Shown piece after piece: positions 1 to 64,000 of a stretch of 64,000 nucleotides of DNA. Positions within the stretch are counted from its first letter, which is position 1; every line of letters begins with the position of its first letter. Source of the DNA: Schmidtea nova (lineage: Eukaryota); NCBI GenBank assembly GCA_044892505.1, contig CM097882.1, positions 226,176,001-226,240,000 on the forward strand, read 5' to 3'. Position numbers and translations under genes: made by a program. The notes beneath the pieces are model-generated. The model was not told the origin of the DNA. It searched no databases and saw only the letters and a list, made by a program, of their open reading frames with translations.

Positions 1-1170
1 AGATCGAATGCATGAAATGTCATCATACTATAGCGAAAATACATGAAAATATTCACAAAGTGACATTAGATACATCAAATATTATCTTACTAGTTTGATA
101 ACATTGAGAAAGAAAATATATAGAAATCATCAAAAATATACACACAAAATATTAAAAATAAGTCACATGAAATGTCATCACAAAATACATAGATATTCAT
201 GACACACTTACAAAATATCAAAAATACAAACATACACAAAATATTATCACATTATAGTGCAAAAATATTAGAAATACATACAAAATATGAAATATATATG
301 AAATGTCATCACAAAGTATCATTAAATACATAATATATCATCATGAAATATCATTACATACATGAAATATCATCCTTCTATAGTGCAATTACAAGAATAT
401 ACCCACACAATATCAAAAATATATTGAAATTCATCAAAATACATAGAAATTCATCAAACAAGAAATATGTACATAATAAAAGTGTTGACATTAAAAGTGT
501 ATCAGTAAATGTAATATGCTTTCACAATTAGTTTGTTACATTGATCGAAGCTCATATGATTAAGCTAATGATTGTTATTTTAGTATATGTGTGAATAATA
601 AACTTTTGCACATAAAAACCATCACAAAAGATGTTCTGTTACTAAAGGTTCTGCTAGCAACGGTCTGTTAGCAATGTTCTGCTACTGAATAAAATTGATG
701 AAAATATAACAATAATGAATTATGAGTGAAAATAAATCTTTCAAACATTACAGTAGGTTATACTTTAAAGTGAGAAAAACCAATAGATATTTTAAAAGCA
801 ATGTAGAAAATATTAATAGGTGAGAATATTAGAACAATTAATGTTGAATGAAGTTGAATTGTAACAGTAATAATTAAATAGATGTTCGAGTAATAAGCTT
901 TTGCACAAAACACCATCACAAAAGATGTTCTGATACTAGTGTTCTGTTAGCAAGGTTCTGCTACTAGGGTTCTGATAGAAACGTTCGACTACTTATCATA
1001 TTTCAAGTCTGAATTGTTGATATAAATCACTGTGACGCATGTTTGAAACACTTGTACTGTCATGTTATGCATGTGTCATGCACTTGTATTGCAACTTGAT
1101 TGCATTTGTATTGCAACTTGATTGCATTTGTATTGCAACTTAATTACACTTGTATTTCTTGTGTCATTCA
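1..1170. repeat. Degenerate tandem or patchwork repeats (AAATGTCATCACAAA units, GTTCTGCTA units, 22-bp CATTTGTATTGCAACTTGATTG units)
   Basis: Recurring motifs at about 16/171/301, 625-690 and 925-990, 1081-1155. Confidence 0.7.
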
Positions 1171-1703
1171 CTTGTGATATTCAAGAACATGTATATTTTC
1201 TTTCATTTTCCTTAAATATTAATCATTTTTACATAATTTAATTATTTTCAGAGTAAATTTAATACAAAATAGTAAAGATATTGACAATTCCTGTATTTAT
1301 TAAGCAATGATTTTGGATACTTTGTGATGATACAAAATGGTTGTAAAATGATAAAACATTATTTCCTCCGTAGAAGTGTATAAAACCATAAATTGATTCA
1401 AGGAAATATTCAATGGATTTGTCTAATAAGTTAAAAAAGTTGTATTTTAATCAAACTGTACATATTGAATCATAGTTTTTAGAGTCAATTTCTTGCAAAA
1501 AACAAAGCGGATTTTCAAAATTCATGTTATAGTTCTAAATCAAACTTTAAAATTTAAAATACCACAACGTAAAATAAACATACATGTATAATTAACACAC
1601 GACAAAGACGTGCAACAAAGACATACCTGCAACAACGACATGCTTGCAACAAAGACATGTATGAAGACATGCATAACATGTGCAGTTAGAATGCGTCATT
1701 TTG

Positions 1704-1736
1704 ATTGGGCAAAGGTATTACTCATCATTATAAATA
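1704..1736 (+). promoter_or_regulatory. Inverted CCAAT box (ATTGG 1704-1708) and TATA box (TATAAATA 1729-1736) upstream of the orphan ORF
   Basis: Canonical motifs 37-65 bp upstream of ATG 1773; AATAAA at 2215-2220 after the stop. Confidence 0.55.
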
Positions 1737-1772
1737 CAAAGACATTTAGTAGAGATTGTCACAATTTCAAAA

Positions 1773-2189
1773 ATGCCAGCACGTAAATCAACTTATGATA
1801 TCAGTGAAGAAAGAAAAATCAATAATGAAGTGAAACCAGTGCAAATGTATTACGATTACAAAATTTATTTCTTGGTACAAGAAATACCGTTTCGTTTGTC
1901 GTATCCAGTGAAATTAACAAAGTCATTGTATGACAATTTAGCTGCAAATCTATGTAAAGAAGATGTTGTTGCACTAAATAAAATTTTATTTAAAATCAAT
2001 AACAATTTAAGTTGCAAGGAAACTATATGGATCAACAACCGGAAAACTCGTTTCCATGATGCTTTCCAATCTATCGAATACAAGGATCAAGAAAATTGGT
2101 TTATTACCATAATCATTCAGGGATATAAAATCGATACAAAAGATGTTATAACTCCAATTTGGAGAATTGACAGTGCACGATATGCATAA
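1773..2189 (+). CDS. Intronless 138-aa orphan protein, virus- or Polinton-like context
   Basis: Complete ATG-to-TAA ORF with AAAATG context, TATA box and poly(A) signal; no recognisable family. Confidence 0.6.
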   Translation: MPARKSTYDISEERKINNEVKPVQMYYDYKIYFLVQEIPFRLSYPVKLTKSLYDNLAANLCKEDVVALNKILFKINNNLSCKETIWINNRKTRFHDAFQSIEYKDQENWFITIIIQGYKIDTKDVITPIWRIDSARYA

Positions 2190-2265
2190 CTGTTATTTTA
2201 TAAATGTTATATTCAATAAAATTTAGTAATTTCAATTTTAGTTTTTGATTGTTTGAATTTTTATA

Positions 2266-3032
2266 NNNNNNNNNNNNNNNNNNNNNNNNNNNNNNNNNNN
2301 NNNNNNNNNNNNNNNNNNNNNNNNNNNNNNNNNNNNNNNNNNNNNNNNNNNNNNNNNNNNNNNNNNNNNNNNNNNNNNNNNNNNNNNNNNNNNNNNNNNN
2401 NNNNNNNNNNNNNNNNNNNNNNNNNNNNNNNNNNNNNNNNNNNNNNNNNNNNNNNNNNNNNNNNNNNNNNNNNNNNNNNNNNNNNNNNNNNNNNNNNNNN
2501 NNNNNNNNNNNNNNNNNNNNNNNNNNNNNNNNNNNNNNNNNNNNNNNNNNNNNNNNNNNNNNNNNNNNNNNNNNNNNNNNNNNNNNNNNNNNNNNNNNNN
2601 NNNNNNNNNNNNNNNNNNNNNNNNNNNNNNNNNNNNNNNNNNNNNNNNNNNNNNNNNNNNNNNNNNNNNNNNNNNNNNNNNNNNNNNNNNNNNNNNNNNN
2701 NNNNNNNNNNNNNNNNNNNNNNNNNNNNNNNNNNNNNNNNNNNNNNNNNNNNNNNNNNNNNNNNNNNNNNNNNNNNNNNNNNNNNNNNNNNNNNNNNNNN
2801 NNNNNNNNNNNNNNNNNNNNNNNNNNNNNNNNNNNNNNNNNNNNNNNNNNNNNNNNNNNNNNNNNNNNNNNNNNNNNNNNNNNNNNNNNNNNNNNNNNNN
2901 NNNNNNNNNNNNNNNNNNNNNNNNNNNNNNNNNNNNNNNNNNNNNNNNNNNNNNNNNNNNNNNNNNNNNNNNNNNNNNNNNNNNNNNNNNNNNNNNNNNN
3001 NNNNNNNNNNNNNNNNNNNNNNNNNNNNNNNN
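2266..3032. other. Assembly gap (N run)
   Basis: Run of N. Confidence 1.
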
Positions 3033-3140
3033 GAGAAGAAGAACGCGCGTTCCACGCGCGTTCAATGCGTACTGTTATTTGTCTTAAACAACAAGAGGAG
3101 AAGAACGCGCGTTCCACGCGCGTTCAATGCGTACTGTGAT
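3033..3140. repeat. 62-bp tandem repeat (2 visible copies) containing AACGCGCGTT palindromes, next to the gap
   Basis: GAACGCGCGTTCCACGCGCGTTCAATGCGTACTGT at 3041 and 3103. Confidence 0.85.
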
Positions 3141-3269
3141 CCTTATTAAACACTAAGATACGGGTGCAAAAATTATTATTACAAGTTTTATTAGTCTTTG
3201 TTTCGTTGCACATGGATTGCAATGTCTTTGTTGTAATTCAGGTAGGAAATAGAAAAAATTATAACACAC

Positions 3270-3845
3270 ACACACACCATAATTACCTTTCGAATGATAT
3301 GTATATTATAAGGTTTGAATAAGGATTTGTAACACACACTCGTCTGGCAAATTGTAACACACACACACACTCATCTCACAATTACCTTTTGTTTGATATA
3401 CATATTATATAGTTTTAAAAATTTGAACCTTGGACCCTTTAAGGGTATGACCATTGTGTGCACCCTTCAATTACCTTTTGTTTGATACATATATTATATA
3501 GTTTTTAAAATTTTGAGTCTTGGACCCTTCAAGGGTCGACCACCCACCTTCGAGGGTTGACCATCATACTCAAATCTCAATTACCTTTTGTTTGATATAT
3601 AACTTGTAATGTTTAAAAATATTTGAAGGATTTTGACCCCTTGAAGGTTGAGCACACACCATACACCTTCGAAGGTATGACCATTGTGTGCACATCGGTA
3701 TTACCTTTTGAATGATGTATTACACACAAGGTTTGAAGAATCTGAAGGTTTTTCACCCTTTGAAGGTTAAGGACACACCATAGACCCTCGAGGGTATGAC
3801 CATTGTGTGCACCTCTCAAAGACCTTTCGAATGATACCCTTGTTT
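3270..3845. repeat. About six 90-120 bp subterminal repeat units (AATTACCTTT...GATAT; ACCTTCGAAGGT-type palindromes)
   Basis: Motif recurs at about 3280, 3380, 3470, 3580, 3700, 3820. Confidence 0.75.
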
Positions 3846-3869
3846 GAAGGTTTGACCTTGTTTGACCTT

Positions 3870-4053
3870 TGGAAATTCAAATTCAAAATTTGAATTTGAA
3901 ATGAGTCATCGATGACGTCATAAAATTCAAATTTGAAATGAATCATCGATGACGTCATCGATGAGTCATAAAAATTTTTTTTTCGCCCCCCCGGGGGGGG
4001 TGACGTCATTTCCTTTGTTCGGCGATGACTCATGCTCCACATAACTGCCTACT
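3870..4053 (-). mobile_element. Candidate terminus of a large DNA element (Polinton/Maverick-like), reading AGTAGGCAGTT... on the minus strand
   Basis: Abrupt switch from repeat-rich, hairpin-rich sequence to ordinary AT-rich DNA after ...ACTGCCTACT; resembles the AGT-AGT start of Polintons; C7G8 hairpin at 3986-4000. Family assignment is inference. Confidence 0.4.
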
Positions 4054-4179
4054 CATAACATTAATAGTAAATTATAAATATTTTACCAGCTAAAAATTCT
4101 CTTGTATAAACATAAAATATTACCATAAAATTTATTTTATAAAAACATCAACTCAAAATTTAATCAAAAAACATCTTGA

Positions 4180-4503
4180 TCAGAAAAAAATCATGTATAA
4201 TAATCCTAAGGTAATGATTTCTTCGGATAAATCCATGAGAACACTCCCCGAGAATGTAGGTTCAATTCGAGAGATGCACGGGATTTCCTCATCGGTTTGA
4301 TGATTATTCCAATTTTTTGAGAGTCAGCAAGAAGAGTCAAATTGTCGATATTTCTTGACGAAAGCTTGAATTACGTTCCTTGAGAGTCCGGTGGGAAAGA
4401 AAAGTCTCAGAATTGAATTGTGTGCCTAAAATAAAAACTGATAATATAAATGATTAATTTTAGGTCAATTTACCTGTTGTAATAGTTGAAAATAATTCCC
4501 CAT
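4180..4503 (-). other. Candidate spliced minus-strand ORF (exon 4503-4474, 48-nt GT-AG intron 4473-4426, exon from 4425) with in-frame TGA at 4326-4324
   Basis: CAG|GTAAAT donor, TTTTATTTTAG acceptor, locally higher GC; product not recognised. Confidence 0.3.
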
Positions 4504-4742
4504 AAAAAGTTTGAATTTCTGAGGGTCAGGCGAACATAAATAGCGCAACGAAACAAACCAAAAAAATTTTTTTTGATTTATTATTTTATATTTAACAAGG
4601 AAAAGAAAAAGGGAAAAAAGTCTAAATGATTAAAAATTTGTAAATCTTATTTTTTTTGTGTAAAAGACTTTGTAAATTTTCTTAAAATTTTTTTTAGTAT
4701 AAAATCGATAATAAATGGGGTAATTAGTAGGGTAATTAGTGG

Positions 4743-5031
4743 TTATTTTTTGCAAATGTCTCGATGGGAATTTAAATATAAATTTGTTGAAAGGTATCTT
4801 CTAAAATTACAGTTTATGAAAATTTTATATGCAAAGCAAGATAGACATTAGGTATAGGGGATAAAGAGAGTTTAATTAAATTTATTGACATAAAAATATA
4901 CAAATTTAAAAAGTCCAGAAAATAATAAAGTTTACCTAAATTCATCAGAAATCAAATACCCCGAATATATGTGTTGATCAAAGATTTTTCGATCCCTGAG
5001 TTGAGTTGGCGATGGTATGCTTAAGTATGAG
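4743..5031 (-). other. Candidate last two exons of a minus-strand gene (5031-4936 and 4800-4743)
   Basis: Pyrimidine-rich AG acceptors, AG|GTAAAC donor, open frame SYLSIPSPTQLRDRKIFDQHIYSGYLISDEFR-RYLSTNLYLNSHRDICKK*. Confidence 0.25.
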
Positions 5032-6391
5032 CTTGCAAATAAAAATAAATGCGCGAAAACTCCTGTGTTTTTTTTATAATACTATGTATAATGATTAAGT
5101 GAAAAAAATATTAATAAATTTATATTGATGGAACTATTTATGTTTCTTTTAAATTGAAATGAATATTCGTAGTTAAATCATAGAAGAAGGGACGAAATGG
5201 GCATTAAACCTTCTATCGGTAGTCCTTGAACCCAGGAGATATTCGGTCAATCATAGTTTCGTATTGACGACGCTCACTGATTGCGAATACCCACCCATTT
5301 GTTGCATTACCAACGTTACATTGTGACGGGCAACAAGATGGTTATTTCAATGTTTTATGTGTTTAGTTGTTGATGAGAGCCAAAGCAACGTCAAGGTCAT
5401 ATTGACGATCAACAACCCACCACTATTGTAACTATCGTATGATTGGTGAGAGATTATTTTTCTGAGTTTTTAAGGTAAAAATCGAAAATATCTCTCAGAA
5501 AATATTTAAATTTTTTTTAATCTGTAATTTTATTCCATAATTGACGTCTTTGTGTTATATATGTGTTTTTCACGCGTATATTTGAAGCGCTTTTGTTCAG
5601 TTTAATTTTTAAACGTGTTTTAATTAATTATTTATGTGTTTTGTTGTTACTTTGTTTTACAAGGTTTTTATCTTGATCAGATTTTAAGTTTACTTCGTTC
5701 TCTACGTTCTATATTACAGCGTAATTTAAACAAAATTAAGTTTTTGCCTAACACTAAAATAAATGAACGCACTTCGTCTCAGACTGACAGCCAGTATAAA
5801 CAGTTCAGTGAGTACTAGAAAATTATTTAAAAACACTAAAAAGGGGAAATTACTCATTGTAAAATCTTACAATTTAATTCTGTCTTTGATAAGGATTAAA
5901 TACAAAAAAGATGTGATGTTGTCGATAATTAAGGTTCACCGATTCCACCTGCCTTGCAACGATCAAATTTTTGGAAAGTGATATGTTTCACCTCACGAGA
6001 GCTAAATCCAAAAGATGGAAATCGAACGATTTTGAATATTCTGAATTTTCATACTATAATATGAAATAAAGTAATAGCCAAGCATATTCATTATCTTAAG
6101 AAATACAATAAAATTAAGTCACTAATTTAATGAAAATATATTCTGTTAATTATTTTAATATTACATGCACATGTTTTAATTTTTAATTAATTAGAATTCT
6201 AATAAAATATAAATTATTTATTTTGTTTATAATATATAAGCGATATCAACATTTTCGATTGTATTATTTAAAGTAAAATCTTTTTAACAATTATTTTTCA
6301 TAATTCATCAGCCGATAAAATATTGTAAGATTTGATTAGTATAGAAATAATTAAATGAAAATTAATTTGCTTTCAAATCATTATAGAAAGA

Positions 6392-64000
<57,609 letters not shown>

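Noticed and set aside
4324-4326. Selenocysteine codon in the candidate minus-strand ORF
   Set aside because: No CxxU or known selenoprotein context and no SECIS recognisable by eye; kept only as an unexplained in-frame stop.
4020-4330. Nrf2 antioxidant response element for GCLC
   Set aside because: TGACTCATGC and GAGTCAGCA do not fit TGACnnnGC spacing; only AP-1/CRE cores are supported.

Overview
AT-rich eukaryotic (animal-like) genomic DNA with three N-gaps; the species cannot be assigned from the sequence. The window is dominated by one host gene, glutamate-cysteine ligase catalytic subunit (GCLC, + strand). Eight coding exons from 6392 to beyond the window end splice into one open frame of about 492 codons. 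Intron 1 is 56 bp; the other six introns are 4.9-15.2 kb and packed with transposons (hAT, mariner/Tc1, Tigger/pogo, piggyBac, MITEs, Penelope, Gypsy, a solo LTR) plus an H2B pseudogene. The first 4 kb look like the end of a large virus-like element (possibly Polinton/Maverick) carrying an orphan gene and a dense AP-1/CRE cluster. Two observations stand out. (1) A young full-length Gypsy element in intron 7 has a Gag that begins with an exactly 76-residue ubiquitin-like domain ending in RVLGG, plus a -1 frameshift signal conserved in a second copy. (2) Two near-perfect foldback palindromes of about 200 bp carry a minimal hammerhead-ribozyme-like core in each arm; one abuts a Penelope element, and further single copies are dispersed in the introns. 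All coordinates and alignments were read by eye; no searches or folding programs were run.
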